A DNA stretch of 64,000 nt from Amoebidium appalachense (taxonomy: Eukaryota > Protista > Ichthyosporea). The DNA lies in NCBI GenBank assembly GCA_963693365.1, contig CAVNZM010000012.1:1798001-1862000 (forward strand), in the 5' to 3' direction. Positions within the stretch are counted from its first letter, which is position 1. Each line of letters opens with the position of its first letter. Both the position numbers and the translations under genes were made by a program. Below the pieces are notes generated by a model that worked only from the letters and a program-made list of their open reading frames with translations, had not been told where the DNA came from and did no database searches. Of this stretch, positions 28,279-60,880 are shown piece by piece.

Positions 28279-29355
28279 ACACGCACACGTAGAGAGATGA
28301 TACTGAGGTGGACGAGAAAACAATGGTGACTACATAACTATTTTTGTCACTCAATTTCCGGACAAAACACACCACCCACTTGGTGTAACACTAACCAGTA
28401 TTCTTTCTGGAAATTCCAGAACCTCCAGCACGAACTGGACGCGGAGCACAAGACAGAGAGCAAGCAGGAGGCCCACATCAAGACCGTGGAAAGCCAAATC
28501 GGAAATATCAAGAAGAAGATTGCGCCCGTGCAGGTTAACGTGGAGGAATTTGATGCCGCGCTTAAAGAGTTAAAGACAATGGTGGAGGAGAAGGAAAAGG
28601 AGGCGGCGAAGGCGGGGTGGGACAAGGCCACAGAGGTCAGTGGGTGTTTGTGGTCTTCTGAATTTTTCCGGGTTTTTTGGTTTCCGGAATTCCGAATTGT
28701 GTGCCTGACTGAGTGTGTTTCTTTCCGGGCTCGTGTGGTTCGTTAAGAGCTGCATTGGTGGATCTATGTTGGAGGGTTTTTTGGGGTTCTGGCTTGTTGA
28801 AAGGTGTCTTGTGGAAGAGGGGCACGATTCCGTTTTTTTTTTTTCAAGCAACAAGTGCCTCGCATGATCAAATCTGCCCGAAAATGTTTCTGTTGTTTGC
28901 TCGTTGGGTGTGCACTGTTGTCTGTGCCCCCCTCCCCCTCCCCCCTCCCCCCCATCCCCTCCCTCCCTCGGCCCGCCCGCCCGCTTGCCCGCCTGCCCAC
29001 CTGCCCTCCCCTCTCCCGCCCCAACCCTCCCACACCTCCCGTCTACCTCTTCCACTCCTTCCACCCCACTGCCCCCGCCCCCCTCCTCCCGCTCCAGTTT
29101 ATTTTTCTCCTTCGGTGCTTTATGTTCGAGGGTCATGTACTAAGCTAAAAAATCGCAACCTGGAGCAGAGGGCGCAGCAGGAGGCACATGAGCTCGAGGA
29201 GAGGTCTAGGGGGCTGAGACAGCAACTGGAGACGGTGAGGAGGGAGATAGACAGCCAGGCCATGGGCATAGCCGATGAGCAGGCGGCAATAGCGGCTGCA
29301 GAGAAGAGGATCAAGGAGAAGAGGATGGCGCTCGATAAGAGGACATGGTGTGTGT

Positions 29356-29386
<31 letters not shown>

Positions 29387-29860
29387 GGGGGGAGGGGGGG
29401 ATGGGGGGGGGGGAGGAGAGGGGAGTGGGCGGAGGGGGGGGGGGGATGGGTGGGGGCAGGTAGGAGAGGGGTTGGGAAAGGCGGGTGGGGGAGGAGGGGG
29501 GAGAGGATTGTGGGTGAATGGGGAAGGAGGAAAGGGAGGGGAGAGAGAGGGTGGGGAAGTGTGTGTTTGAAACAGAGAGGGAGGGGAGTGGGGAGAGAGA
29601 AGGAAAGAGTGTGTGAGGGAGGGACGGGGAGAAGGAGATAGGGCGAGGAAGAGAGAGGGGGGGGAAGAGAGAGAGAGAGCAAGTGTGTGTGTGTGTCTGT
29701 GTGTGTGTGTGTGTTTGTGTGTGTGTGCCTGAATGAAGGAAGAGGAGAGTGAGAGAGAGAAGAGACGAGAAGGAATGTGTGTGTGTGAGCGTGCATGCAT
29801 GTGGTTTTGAGTGAAAGAGGGGGAAAGAGAAGGAGCAATCAAGAGAGAGAGGAGTAGTAG

Positions 29861-29895
<35 letters not shown>

Positions 29896-31209
29896 ATGTC
29901 TGTGTTTGTGTGTGTGTGCGCGTGTGCGTGCGTGTATGTGTGTGTGTGTGTGTGTGTTTGTGTGGTTGTGTGTGTGTGAAGGAGAGAGGAAGAGAAGATA
30001 TGTATATAGATATACAGAGAAAAAGGGAGAGGGAGGGGAACGCCTTGTGTGAAGCATTTCCATATCAGGAAACACACCATTCCCACGATTTGCACTTACC
30101 ATGTATGGTGGTGTGTGCAGGGACCTGGAGCAGGAGGTTGAGCGGCTGGGGCAGCAGCAGCAGGAGCTGATTGCAAGGATCGACGTGCAGTTTGAGGAGA
30201 AGCTAAACAGCATCAAGCGCCAGTTCGAGGAGGAGTGCCAGGCCAAGTTCGAAGAGATGGAGCAGAGGATGGAGGTATGCCCATTGTTTATGATATTAGT
30301 GCTGGTATTATTACTATTAGTGTTATGGTTGGGGTTCTTGTGATTGTGAGTGTGCTGGTATTGTTGGTGCTATTGATATAAGTGTAACTGTTGTTGTTGT
30401 TCGAAGAGGGGTGCCAGTCTAAGTTCAAGGAGTTGGAGCAGAGAATGAAGGTATGACCAATATTATTATTGGTGGTGGTTGTAATGATTATATTTTGTAT
30501 TGCTATTGTTGCTAGTAGTGTTATGGAGCAGAGGGTGGAGCAGACGGTGGAGGTATGGTGCCTTAGTGTTGTTGGTGGTCGCTGTTGATGTGGTTAGACT
30601 TGTATAGTAATTATTAGTGCCACCAGTGTTCGAGAAGGAGTGCCAGGCAAAGGTCGAGGAGATGGAACCCAAGATGGAGGTAGCATTGGGATTATAGCTA
30701 ATGCTACTGTTGTTGTTATTGATGTTAATATTAGTTGTTAATGACGTTATTGTTGTGTTTTTTTTGGTTTGTTTGTTTTTGTTTTTTTTGAGGGGGGGGA
30801 GGGGGGGGGGGAATGGAGGAGCGGGGGGAGGGGTGTGTGTGTTGTTTTAGCAGTTTTTACAATCCATCCCCCCCCCCTTCCCCACCGTGTTCCCCCCTCA
30901 ATGTCACCGGTTACCTTTTCCAAAAGGCCCTGTCAATCCACCTTTCCCCTTCTACCCATACCTGAAACTGACATGCTTTCTTGTTCTTCTTCTTCTTCTT
31001 TTTTTTTTTGAGCAGCAAGAACACAAGGAGCAGATGGCGGAACGTAAGGCCCGGTACGATAACCTACGTCGTATCCTGCACAACCTTGACAAGGAGGATA
31101 GCACGGCAGAGATTGAGGCAGCAAGGAGGGCACTGAATGCTGCAAAGGAGAAGGCCGCATCAAAGGACAGAATGATGAAGGAGGTGTGTGTGTGTACGTG
31201 TGTGTGTGT

Positions 31210-31240
<31 letters not shown>

Positions 31241-31370
31241 GGGGGGAGGGGGAGGGGGGAGGTGGGGTACGTGTGTGTGGGTGGGTGGATGGGTGGGTGG
31301 GTGGGTGTGGGTGGGCGGGTGGGTGGGTGTGGGGGAAGAAGCGGGGGGGGGGGGGGGGGGGGGGGGGGTG

Positions 31371-31454
<84 letters not shown>

Positions 31455-31798
31455 TGTGTGTGTGTGTCCTGTGTGCGTGTGTGCACGGTGCCGGTGTGTG
31501 TTTTCCGGTGATCAATTATCAACTGGTTTTGCTTGGATAATCGGATCCATTTCATTTCCAGAACCAAGCCCCCCCCCCCCCCCCCCCCCCCCTCCCCCCG
31601 CAACTCCCTCTCTCTGTGGGGGCCAGGAGAAAAAAGGGAAACTTGGAGTAGGTGTCTTATGTCACTGCTCTGCTAAAGGCTGCTGGGTGTTTTACTCTTC
31701 TCGTTGTGTGTCTTTTCATATTCAGCGCTTTTGCACTTCACACACTGTCCGCATTCATTAATGTGTGTCTTCGTACTGCGTGCCCCATACCACATTCT

Positions 31799-31837
<39 letters not shown>

Positions 31838-33204
31838 TCCTCCTTAGAAGCCATATTTTTGTGTATGCCTTGCATTCTTCATTGTTATCTGCAACACATG
31901 TAACACATTGTGTCATTTGTACTGTTAACACATTCTTACACCCCCCCCCCCCCCCCCCCCCCCCCCCCACCACCACCACCACCACCAACCCTTCCACAAA
32001 CACAGCGCGAGCGGCTGCAGAGAACTCTTGAAAACGAGATTGCCGGCAGGCAGCGTATGCGTGTGGACATGGACGAGCAGGTGCAGCGGTTTAAAGAGCT
32101 CCTGGCCACAGAGCTGGAGAGGGGGCAGGTGGAGGAGGAGAAGAACAGGGCCCTCGATGAAAGTATGCACATCCACAGGCACAGGCACAGGCACAGGCAT
32201 GCCAGCCCATGTGTGCATGCCCGTACATTCTCTAGACACAGGCACAGGCATGCGTGCATATGTGTGGAAGCACGTGCACGTGCACAGGCACACCTTCACA
32301 TGTGTGCATGCACCGGTACATTCTGCAGACACAGGCACAGACACACGTGATTCATGCATAACGAACCAGCCCCCCCCCCCGAGGATGGGCTCTGCTTATG
32401 ACGCATGCTGTGCGCATGGCTGATGTTGCATACTTGAATGTTTGCCTTTGCATTTGTCGTTCGTGTATGCGTACTTCGTACCGTGTTCCGCATTCAAACC
32501 CCCCCAGTCTTCTTTCAGAGGTGTCCTTTCAGGACAGACCACTGTGTGGAGACCGCTTTACTTCCATGCAACCGGGCATGGTTGCTCTGTGTCGTGCATC
32601 TGTAAGCACATACTCATTTTCCGCTGCACTGCATTAGTTTGCACACACATATTCACCGTTTTGCTCACCTTGCTTGCATAAGCAACCCTGCTCGTCTTTG
32701 ATCAAGACGGGTTGACCCTCCCAAGTTCAGTTGATGCTGCTGTCTGAGTTGGAGAGTCGTATATACGCGGGCTAAGGGGTCGAAACTCAGACGCAATTGA
32801 TGACTTGGGCCCTCCCTGAGGATGGGCTCTGCTTATGACGCATGCTGTGCGCATGGCTGATGTTGCATACTTGAATGTTTGCCTTTGCATTTGTCGTTCG
32901 TGTATGCGTACTTCGTACCGTGTTCCGCATTCAAACCCCCCCCCCCCCCCCCCTCTCCCCCCCCCCCCCCCCCCCCCCTCCCCCTCCGCCCTCTCCCAAA
33001 AAGCAAAAAAAAAAGAAAAAGAAAAACAAATACATCACATCACACACACGCATCACAAACACGACACATTCACATGCGCGCATTTGCGCACTCCACACAC
33101 CCATGAGCACACACTCGTGGAGACACAGATCGTCCATTGTGCGTACTACACCAGTCCTACTACGCATCCATATCCCCTCTCCCCCGACCACACAAAAGCA
33201 CACA

Positions 33205-33242
<38 letters not shown>

Positions 33243-33452
33243 AAGAGAGAGAGAGAGAGAGGAAGGGGGGTGGAAGGGGGAGGGAGGGGAGGGGGGAGAG
33301 GGAGATGGAGGGAGAGGAAGAGGGAGAGTGAGAGAAGAGGAAAAGAAAGAATGAAAAAAAAGCATGGCCTAGGATAGGATATGCAATGAGCCCCCGTTCT
33401 TTCATATGCCTCGTGTTGAACAATGCAAATAATTACCCAATGCCATTGCCAT

Positions 33453-33489
<37 letters not shown>

Positions 33490-34083
33490 CCTACTTCCCA
33501 TTTCAATGCACTCTCTCTTTGCCTTGGGGTCATCTCTCTGTTGCTTGCATGTGCCCGTTACACACCTACTAACCAACCCGTTGGTCTCCCCCTCCCCCTC
33601 TCCTCCCCCTCTTTCTTTCTTCCTTCCCCATTGCAATCCGTACACGCGCGCGCGCACACACACACATACATATTCACACACAGACACACACACACACGCA
33701 CACGCACACGCACACGCACACACACACTCATGCACACACCCCCCCCACACACACACACACCTCCTGTCCATGCTGCGCACGTAACAGAGATCGACAACCT
33801 CCGCAGCCAGGCCGAAGCCTTTGCCAAGCTGCTTGGTATCTACCGTGAGGCAGCGGCACCAGACACCCCATCCAGCCCCCCCCAGACGGCAAGAAAGCGC
33901 CAGAGAACAGCAAGGAAGACGGGCAAGAGGACACGGGCAGAGCCGGAGGAGGTGCATGTGGAGAGGGAGGAGGGGGGGGAGAGGGAGGGGGAGACGGGAG
34001 AGGCGGGGCCTGTGGCGCAGCAGCTTAACATGGATGAGTCAGTGATGGTGGCCCCTGTGGGCAACTTGATACTGCAGGTGTGT

Positions 34084-34179
<96 letters not shown>

Positions 34180-34457
34180 TTGGTTGTTGGGGAATGGGGG
34201 AGGCGGGGGAGGGATGGGAGGGGGAGCGGGGTTTGGGGGAGGGGGGGGGGGGGGAGGGGAAGAGGGATGGTGTGTGTAGGTTGGTGGGTGGGTTTGTGAA
34301 AGGTTGTGTGAGCAGGGGATTGGGGGGGGGGAGGGGGGGGGGGATAGAGGGGGGACGGTGTGTGTGTGTGCCTCGTGGGTGGGGGTGGGGGGGGGGGGGG
34401 GGGGGGAGTGGAGAGGACGAGGCTTGTGTGTGTGTTTGTGTGTTTGCAAGGGGGAAT

Positions 34458-34494
<37 letters not shown>

Positions 34495-35160
34495 TGTGTG
34501 TGTGTATGTGATGTCTAATTATGACTAGTGGATGAAGAGGTGCGGGAAAGTGCTGGTGTGCGCGAAGGATAAATCTAATTTCTGCTTTTGTACGACAAAT
34601 AATCGTGTTGGATAGTATTAACTTCATGGAGACATTCGAGCGCAAACGTTCTCGTGCTGGGATCGGAGACCCCGATCTCGATTGAGGGAACATTGCTGGT
34701 CTAAACAGATCAAATTGGGATTTCAGTGCCAACCTGAGAGGGAAGACAATAATTTCCTTCCTTCGGCATTTTTCGGCACCCTTCCTACCCATCAACCACC
34801 ATGTGATGATGGTATGCACAACTAATGTTCATTAGTTTATCGGGGCTAATTCTGGAATCACAAAACTCAGGGCAACTAAAAACCCTAACACCCTCCTGTC
34901 CCATTCAGACCATTCCAGGCATAGAGGGAGACATTTGTATTTCGTTTGTTGGGGAGAAGGGGGACCACGTTGTGTTGGAGAACAAGACGGACGCCAAGAT
35001 AGACCTGGATGGGTGGCGGATGCTCAGCATCAAGGGGGATGAGACACTTCAGGCATACACCTTTCCCAAGGAGACACCCCTGTTTTCTCGGGTAGGTGGA
35101 ACAATCCGCTGACCTGAACTGTCTTATATGTGCCTTGCACTGTGCCGTGTTCTATTAAAA

Positions 35161-35195
<35 letters not shown>

Positions 35196-35224
35196 ACCCA
35201 CCCACCCACCCACCCAAAAAAAAA

Positions 35225-35316
<92 letters not shown>

Positions 35317-35359
35317 AAAGACGACAAGAATACAACAACACACACACACACACGGGAAA

Positions 35360-35435
<76 letters not shown>

Positions 35436-35694
35436 CCACACGCGTACCCATATCAGTTCGGTCGTGGGTGTGTAGTGATCCCTTTGTAGTAAGACGTGCA
35501 AATGATTGTGCTGTTTTCCTTTTTTGTAGGTGCCTGCCCATATCGCCGTGTCTATCTGTGTGTCCCGTCCAAAATGTGGTTGTGTGTGTGTGTGCGTGTG
35601 TGTGTGTGTGTGCGCGCGCGTGTGTCTGTGTGCGTGTGTGGCGTGTGTATATGTGCGCGCGCGTATGTGGTGGTGGTGATGCGTGTGCGTGCGC

Positions 35695-35726
<32 letters not shown>

Positions 35727-36021
35727 GTGTTATGTGTGCGTGTGTGCGTGCGCGTGTGCATGTGTTTTTGTGGGTGAGGGGAAGGGAGGGGGCTGGCTCT
35801 GTTCTATTTGCCATGCTGATTTTACGTCTGCAGCAACAACTGTGTGTGACCTTTGGCGCCGACAACGGGGCAGCAAAGGGCTTCGAGGACTACGAGGTGG
35901 GTTTGTGGGTGCTGTCACACTATTATGGGCAAGTCTTCATGTGAGTCATGTGTGGATTCTACCCCGCCCACAAGAAGGGGGAGGTGTGTGGGTGGGTGTG
36001 TGGGTGTGTGGGTGGGTGGGT

Positions 36022-36062
<41 letters not shown>

Positions 36063-36186
36063 GCCGTGCGGCTTGCCTTCAGTATTTCACTGCATGAACT
36101 TGGGTCGTTAACGTTCGTTTCTTGGGTAATCATGTAGACCAAATGGTGTTTATCGCACTGCTGCTATATGATTTCATTTTTTCCTT

Positions 36187-36218
<32 letters not shown>

Positions 36219-36784
36219 GGTGTGTGCGTGTGTGTGTGTGTGTGTGTGTGGGTGGTGGAGAGGGGGAGAGGGGAGGGAGGGTTGGAGGTTCTGCACAGCA
36301 GAGCTGCCCCCCTCCCTCGCCTGCTTCTCCCCAGGCCAACAGAGGTACATGTGACACACATCTCAGTCACTTACATGCCTCTACCGGCACCCCCTTTGCT
36401 CTCTATATTTCATACTTCTCCACACTTTGCCCCCTTTTGCCTGCGCGTTCACACCAAGAACAATTGACCGCGGTGTTCTCGACCTTGTGGAAAGACATCA
36501 GAAAAAGAAGTAAAGGGGAAGAAAAAGAAAAAAGATCCATGCACGTCAACCTCGTGTGTCTGTAACAATTCGCATAATAACTATCGTTTGCTCGAATCCT
36601 GCAGACCATCGGATGGGCTGCACTTCCGATGGAGGACACACGGCTGGAGCTTCACAGCCAGGCAGAGGGGGCTTCTGCCCTGGTGGCACACGTGGCGCTC
36701 AGCCCGGCAGAGAACACCACCATGGACATGGACATGGATCAGGCCGAGACCGAGAACCAGAATGCAAACTGCAGGATTATGTGA
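26568..36784 (+). CDS. Nuclear lamin homologue (~603 aa, 10 coding exons)
   Basis: Exons 26568-26765, 28420-28635, 29145-29347, 30121-30274, 31016-31183, 32006-32162, 33788-34077, 34909-35091, 35834-35896 and 36605-36784 join in frame (1812 nt). Coiled-coil rod ends AEAFAKLLG, followed by TPSSP sites, basic [18 protein letters not shown], lamin-tail domain ([23 protein letters not shown]...AYTFP) and C-terminal CaaX CRIM*. The start codon and the 29145 and 31016 acceptors are less certain. Confidence 0.88.
27613..27864 (+). mobile_element. Structured ~265-bp intronic dispersed element, subfamily 1, full copy
   Basis: Near-identical to 44995-45258; flanked by C-runs. Confidence 0.8.
32381..32936 (+). 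mobile_element. Structured intronic element, subfamily 2: 3'-half copy (32381-32499) plus near-full copy (32676-32936)
   Basis: Shares gcataagcaaccctgctcgtct..gatcaagacggg, gtcgaaactc, ctgaggatgggctctgcttat and gcattcaaac-poly(C) with subfamily 1. Confidence 0.8.
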
Positions 36785-37843
36785 GAGGGAGAGGGAATGG
36801 GAACATAAGTTGTGATGGATGGTGTGAACGATTGGAGCACACGATGAATTAGGGATCTCTACAGTGATCAGGCAACACATTCAAGTATAAACATGCATTA
36901 TGATAACCGACACACCAGTACACTGTATGGGTGCACGATGGGGTTTAATACAGGACGTTTGATCTTTTTTTTGAGCACATAGGATGTTTGCTTTTTTCTT
37001 GTGTAAACGATTGGGCATAAGAGGGTTTGACGCACAACAGGGTTGGGCAATAATAGTGCACTGGGTATCATGAGCACATCAGTTTTTTCTCTCCCTTTCC
37101 CATATAATGATGCGGTGGATAGAAAGTGTCTCGGTTGACTGTTGAGATACTGTTATGACGTTTTTGTTTGAAATAATACTTGTTCTTTCAAGCGTGAGAA
37201 AGATATTTGTTTGACTCCACAGATACCACTTTCAAACAACATCGTTTATCACCTGAATAGTTGAGCTGCCCCAAGTACTTGCCATTGTATAACGTGCTTT
37301 GCGAATAAACGAAGAGTTACGTGAACAGGTGAATTTATCAGAGATGGCACGAGGTTGGCTGTGTCAGCTGTGCCTCAAAATTCAAACCACCACACTAAAG
37401 TGGTGTGGATTATGTACCAGTTCACCACATGTACATGTTGTACAAGTGCATGCAATCAAGGTCGATGAACGGCCGTACATAATCAGTTCACCACATGTTG
37501 TACAAGTGCATGCAATCAAGGTCGATGAACGGCCACATATATATATACATTCAAAGTCTCCATCGGTTGGTAAGGAGTTCTGGTAACTTGAAAGGTAGTT
37601 CTGCATGTTGTCAATATCATGCCGTGTATGCCAACTGTGTGTGGGAGGATCGAGGGTCATCGATCTCTGGAAGCCTTTCGGAAAGGAAAATCTCTGTGGC
37701 ACACGTGGCACGTAAACCGTGTGCATGTGTAAAAAGCAGGATTGGACTACTGGCTGGTGGCCAGAATGATCTAGACTCCCTAGCTGGACAGTTCGACGTG
37801 TATTTATGGTGTATTTAGGGCGGGATAGGGGGGTTTGGGGGGG

Positions 37844-37878
<35 letters not shown>

Positions 37879-38001
37879 TCAAGTGGCTTGGCCATGGAGA
37901 AACACGAGCAACCGGGCGCTTCATGTCGTAACCATTGATACTTATTTATGTTGTTACAGATTCTTGTGGTAAGTTATTCATTCACCATGATGTGCACGTA
38001 T

Positions 38002-38226
38002 TTAGTCTGTCTTCTCAGAGCCAGGTCCACCAGGGACCGTGTACTTGTCGTCTCTGTCTGCCTGCCTCTGTGCACGTGCCGGGTAGCTGCCCTTGCCCGT
38101 GTCTCCGCCTGCCTGGGCCACCTCTGCCTGTATGCGCAGCGCCTCCTCGTGTGTCATGTCTTTGCGCATCTTGTCGTCCGGTTTGCCCTCGGTCCCCGGC
38201 CTGTGTCCTTGCTGACCTCCCTCCAT
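38002..38226 (-). CDS. Small hydrophilic SMP/LEA-like stress protein, 74 aa
   Basis: MEGGQQG...MTHEEALRIQAEVAQAGGDTGKGSYPARAQRQADR matches the MTxxxAxRIQ...GG...KGS.xARAQxxA pattern of short seed-maturation-protein-like microbial proteins (from recall). Codon usage is GC3-rich. Confidence 0.7.
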   Translation of the reverse strand: MEGGQQGHRPGTEGKPDDKMRKDMTHEEALRIQAEVAQAGGDTGKGSYPARAQRQADRDDKYTVPGGPGSEKTD

Positions 38227-39236
38227 CGTGGCTGAGAAAAACGGTGGCCGAGAAAGGTGGATGTAGCTCGTGAGCTTGGACTCCGAGATGAAGTGACCAA
38301 ACCTGCGAGGAATATGTTTAGAAGTATTGCTAAACCCAAGAAATAAACGGAGCCAACTTATAAACAAGATGAAGTGACCGACCCACGAGGCATGTGCACA
38401 GGAATTTTGAATGAAAACTACTGCAAGTATTTTCCAAGAAACCAATGGAGCCAAATTATAGAAAACAAACAAACATATAGACAATTATGATAAGCGAGTT
38501 CGGAAGAGGCAGTGGCATATACATACAACCAAAAAAAAAAAAAAAGAGGGGTCAACTACCTGTCACCGTGGTATGGCGGTTGAACCTTGACTACCTCTCC
38601 ACCGAACCTCAGAACGACTCGAACTTGGGACCAAGCACTTGTGTATGGGCTTTGGTGTGCACAAACAAAGGCCCTTTTATACCGCCCGAAAGTGTCACCC
38701 TTCCAAAAAAAACGTTTCACATCACGTGTTTTTTGGGGTAGGCGAAGCCCTAGCTCCATCCCACGAAAACAGGGTTATCGCTGACGCCTAGGCCAGGTTG
38801 CACTAACGTTAACGTGGCAAGCCTTCTTTGAAGTGCCGAGGCTATGCCGACTAATGGGTAAGAAGCGTGCATTTCGCTAAAAACAAGTGAAACCACCAGC
38901 TAGTATGCCTTTTCATACATCGAGAAAGCTTTTTAATATTAAATATCTGCAAGTACATGTGCTACCAGAGTTTCCTCTCTTTTTCTTTCTTCTTTTTTTT
39001 TTGGGCATCACGCAATCATACAACTCGTCACGCTTTGCCAAGCTAATGACAGCCCGCCAAATTCCAAATATAGCTAATTTGTGATGCGCGTTAAACCAAT
39101 CAAACGCAGGCTCATTGTCACATGTACATGTGCGCTTCGCCGTGTTTTACACACACACACACGTCGAGCGTGCCTTGAGCAGAGGCACAAATTTAGTTCA
39201 AGTCTTTCTAAGATAGGCGGGTTGAACAACGTCAAC

Positions 39237-57270
<18,034 letters not shown>

Positions 57271-57943
57271 TGTACCTGATTCATGCTGGCTTCAAGTGTG
57301 AAACGCCGGGTTTGGTGGCTTTTGGTGAGCTCACTGCTTATCATGAAGTAATGGTTTTCCTTTTTGCGTTCTGCTTTTAAAATTTGATTTTGTATTCTTT
57401 ATAATAATTGTGTATCTTTCCCCTTTAGTTCATATTGGCCGGGTTGCACTAGCAAGCAACTGTATTCTAGTGTTCTGAGGTGAAACAAGAGCTAATGGTA
57501 GAAAGCTAACTAATGGGTAGCGCTAAACCGTATGTGTTGCCGTTGCATGCTTGAACGGAAATCGAACTATGATCCAAATGAGCTACAGCGTGATCAACAT
57601 GTATGGAGACAACTGTCGAAAATCTAGTGAGACAGAAGAGCAATTGAGGGTTTCTACTAGAGTAACCATCATTAAGGGCATTCAGCATATCAAAAGAATA
57701 AACGGATTTTGCTGAGGCTGTTGACTCCTTGGTGTCTTCTCCCCCCCCCCCCCTCCCTCCCTCCCTCCCCTCCCCCCCCCCCCCCCCCCCCCACCCCCCA
57801 CCCACACACACCCACACACACACACATTCACACACACACATGCATCCACAGATACACGCGCGCGCACACCACACACGCACACACACACACAGTGACATAT
57901 ACACGCACAAGCCCCTCTTCCCCCCCCCCCCCCCCCCCCCCCC

Positions 57944-58014
<71 letters not shown>

Positions 58015-58772
58015 AACCACCACCATTACCACCACCACCAGCACCACCACCGGTACAGTAACCACCCACCCACCCACCCCGATCCATACCCACACAACTG
58101 TGCGCGCGTGCACACACACACACACACACACACATGCTAGGGAGGGGATTTATATTCAGCCGTCTCTTCGAATTTACTGACACGAATTTGGTGGCACGTA
58201 GGGCAGGCTTTTCACCGTAACACGTGCACGAAGTCGGAGCTCAAAGCCAAGATGAAAGAACAAAAAAGTGTATACTTTGAAACAAAAAAAGTGGTGTATT
58301 TTTACCCAATCAAGGAACTTGTGTTTGTGCAACCCATATATGGCTATTTCGCGCCATCAGATGATGAGAACTTTCAGAGACCAATCAATTGCGCTCAGAT
58401 GTTACGGAATTTGGGAAACACCCAGATTGCGACTCAGATTGCGCAGTTTCACCGTCGTTTTTTTTTTTTCTTTTTTTTCTTGGTAGTTGCTGGATTTGTG
58501 GTTTACTTGCAAGTAATTTTGAACTGGTGTTTCTTCTGCTTGATGCCCTAATGTTAATTTAGAGACAAACGTACCGAAATATTCCGTGCTACTCTAATCT
58601 TGCTTGATAGAACCGTTTGAATCTTTGACCGGTGGAGGTGCCGTAATTCTGCCTGGTTGAAACTTCTACACGAGAGACACACTAGTACTTGGCCTTCAAA
58701 ACTTTACGCTGCACTCTTAATGTTTGTGCGTCATCAAAAGCCAATACACTGAAAAGGAGACAGAAAGCAAAA

Positions 58773-59845
58773 ATGACACCAAGAAGACCTCCCGTTTACC
58801 GCCGACCAAGCAAAGAGTTTGTTTGGTCTAAGGATGATCTCTCTGTCGAGTGCTGGGTGTACAGAGATGAGGGTGGAGCAAACATCATTCTTGGCTACAC
58901 GGGCGACAACCCAGAATTGGTATGTTTCTATTTTTTTGGAGTCAAGAGCCTTTCTATTCTACTTACGGCTTGTGGCGGATTCAAGGTTTGGGTGTTTGTG
59001 TGTGAGTGCATGCTTGCACAAGCGTGCATGCTTGTGTGTGCGCACGTCATAATTTTTCTTTGAATGCGCTAAATGCAACTGGATAAGTAACTGACGATTT
59101 GATCTTATTGTTAGATTGTTCTGACCTCTGCACTGCCAAATTAAGAACTTCTTTGGCTTTCCTTCCCCCCGGCACCCTTACAACCCCCTCCCCCCCCCAT
59201 TCACATATGCGTCACATATACACCTGCCTGACCTCCCTGCCCTAACCAACCAATCAACCGAATCTTGTGTTCTTCTTGTTTGTCCTAGAAAGGACAAGTG
59301 TTGAGGCTGCGCAAGCGCTTCATTGCGCCAACAGCACATCACCCGAAGCCAGCCTACATGGAGACAGACATCCATGACTTCGTGAAGAGAGTTGTCTTCC
59401 CACTCTTCGATGGGAGATTCTTGGCGCCTGGGGTATGTACGACGTGAGCATATGTTCACCATCTTCATCCGTTTAGAGTGTCTTTAATGCTTGACTAAGG
59501 TGCAGGTGAACATCGAATTTTTTAATTTTGCTTAAAAACCGTGCTCAGAATTAGGTCCCTCACCCCCTCCCCTGACTTGGGCCCTCCCTGAGGATGGGCT
59601 CTGCTTATGACGCATACTGTGCGCATGGCTGATGTTGCATACTTGAATGTTTGCCTTTGCATGTGTCCTGCACCATGCTTCTCATCGTGTATGCGTACTT
59701 CGTACTGTGTTCCGCATTCAAACCCCCATCCCCCCGTCACCCCATAAATAAAAGATCAAGCCCCGGTTTTCCCAGGGGCCATTCAGCTCATCCTCAGTTC
59801 TCACCTGTTAATGACGTAGCGGTCTCAATGCACAGGAAACCCCCT

Positions 59846-59877
<32 letters not shown>

Positions 59878-60741
59878 TTCCGGGCCACCCCCCCGGTGCC
59901 CTGCCCTGTCCTTTTCTTTTTTCCTCGTTGTCTCTACACCCTATTCATATTTATTTCACAATTTGGGGTCTTACACCTCCACATTACCATGGTGCAGATT
60001 CTTGTGACCACACCAGCTACGTTTCTGGAGGCCCTCAATGCACAAATTGCTCCCCATCGACCCCCCCATCGTGTAGCCATGGAGATCGACGTGGATATCA
60101 GTGTAGGGCTGTTGCTGCCCGGTACGATACCCCACACACTGTGTAAATTGCTGAACTTAACGTTTTCTTTCCTCTTTCGTGTAACAAATACCCTTGCCTC
60201 TCTTCCCTTAAAGCCAGAAGACAGGCACCGGAAGGAAGGGGGGGGGGGGGGGGGGGGGGAAGGGGGGGGGGGAGGCGTATGCAGCACTGAAGGGGTTTAA
60301 ATAGGGCATGTGTGTGTGTGTGTGTGTGTTTTTTTTTTTGTTTTTTTTTTTCCTGGGGGGGGGGGAGGGGATGCAACACTGAGTTATATGCGATCTGTGG
60401 CATTCGAACAAGGATGATTCTTGACCAACCGCAATTGGGGCGTGGTATATTGGCTGCAAAGGATGGACAGAGGAATCGGGAGGAATAGGAAGTGTCTGCA
60501 CAGGGATGTAACACAAAATGCCCGTCCGTATGTGTGTGTGTGTGTGTGTGTTTAAGCACCGAGGGTTGGGGGAGGGGGGCCAGGGGGGGGGGGGGGGGGG
60601 GGAGGAGATGCAGTTTGGTAACATGTGACACCACAGACCTCACGTCCAGCCCGAGCTACTGGCTGCCTGTGGATGAAGACCTGCCCAAGGTCTGTGTCGA
60701 GATCAAGGTATGTATCATTTGTAAGGGGGGGGGGGGGGGGG

Positions 60742-60772
<31 letters not shown>

Positions 60773-60846
60773 AGGGGGGGGGGGGGGGGGGAGAGGGGGT
60801 GAGGGAGGGAAGGCTAGATGGAGTGGGGTATGGGGATGGGCGGGGG

Positions 60847-60880
<34 letters not shown>

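Noticed and set aside
37418-37535. ~65-bp tandem duplication (also a 26-bp one at ~5794-5845)
   Set aside because: Ordinary local duplications with no sign of function.
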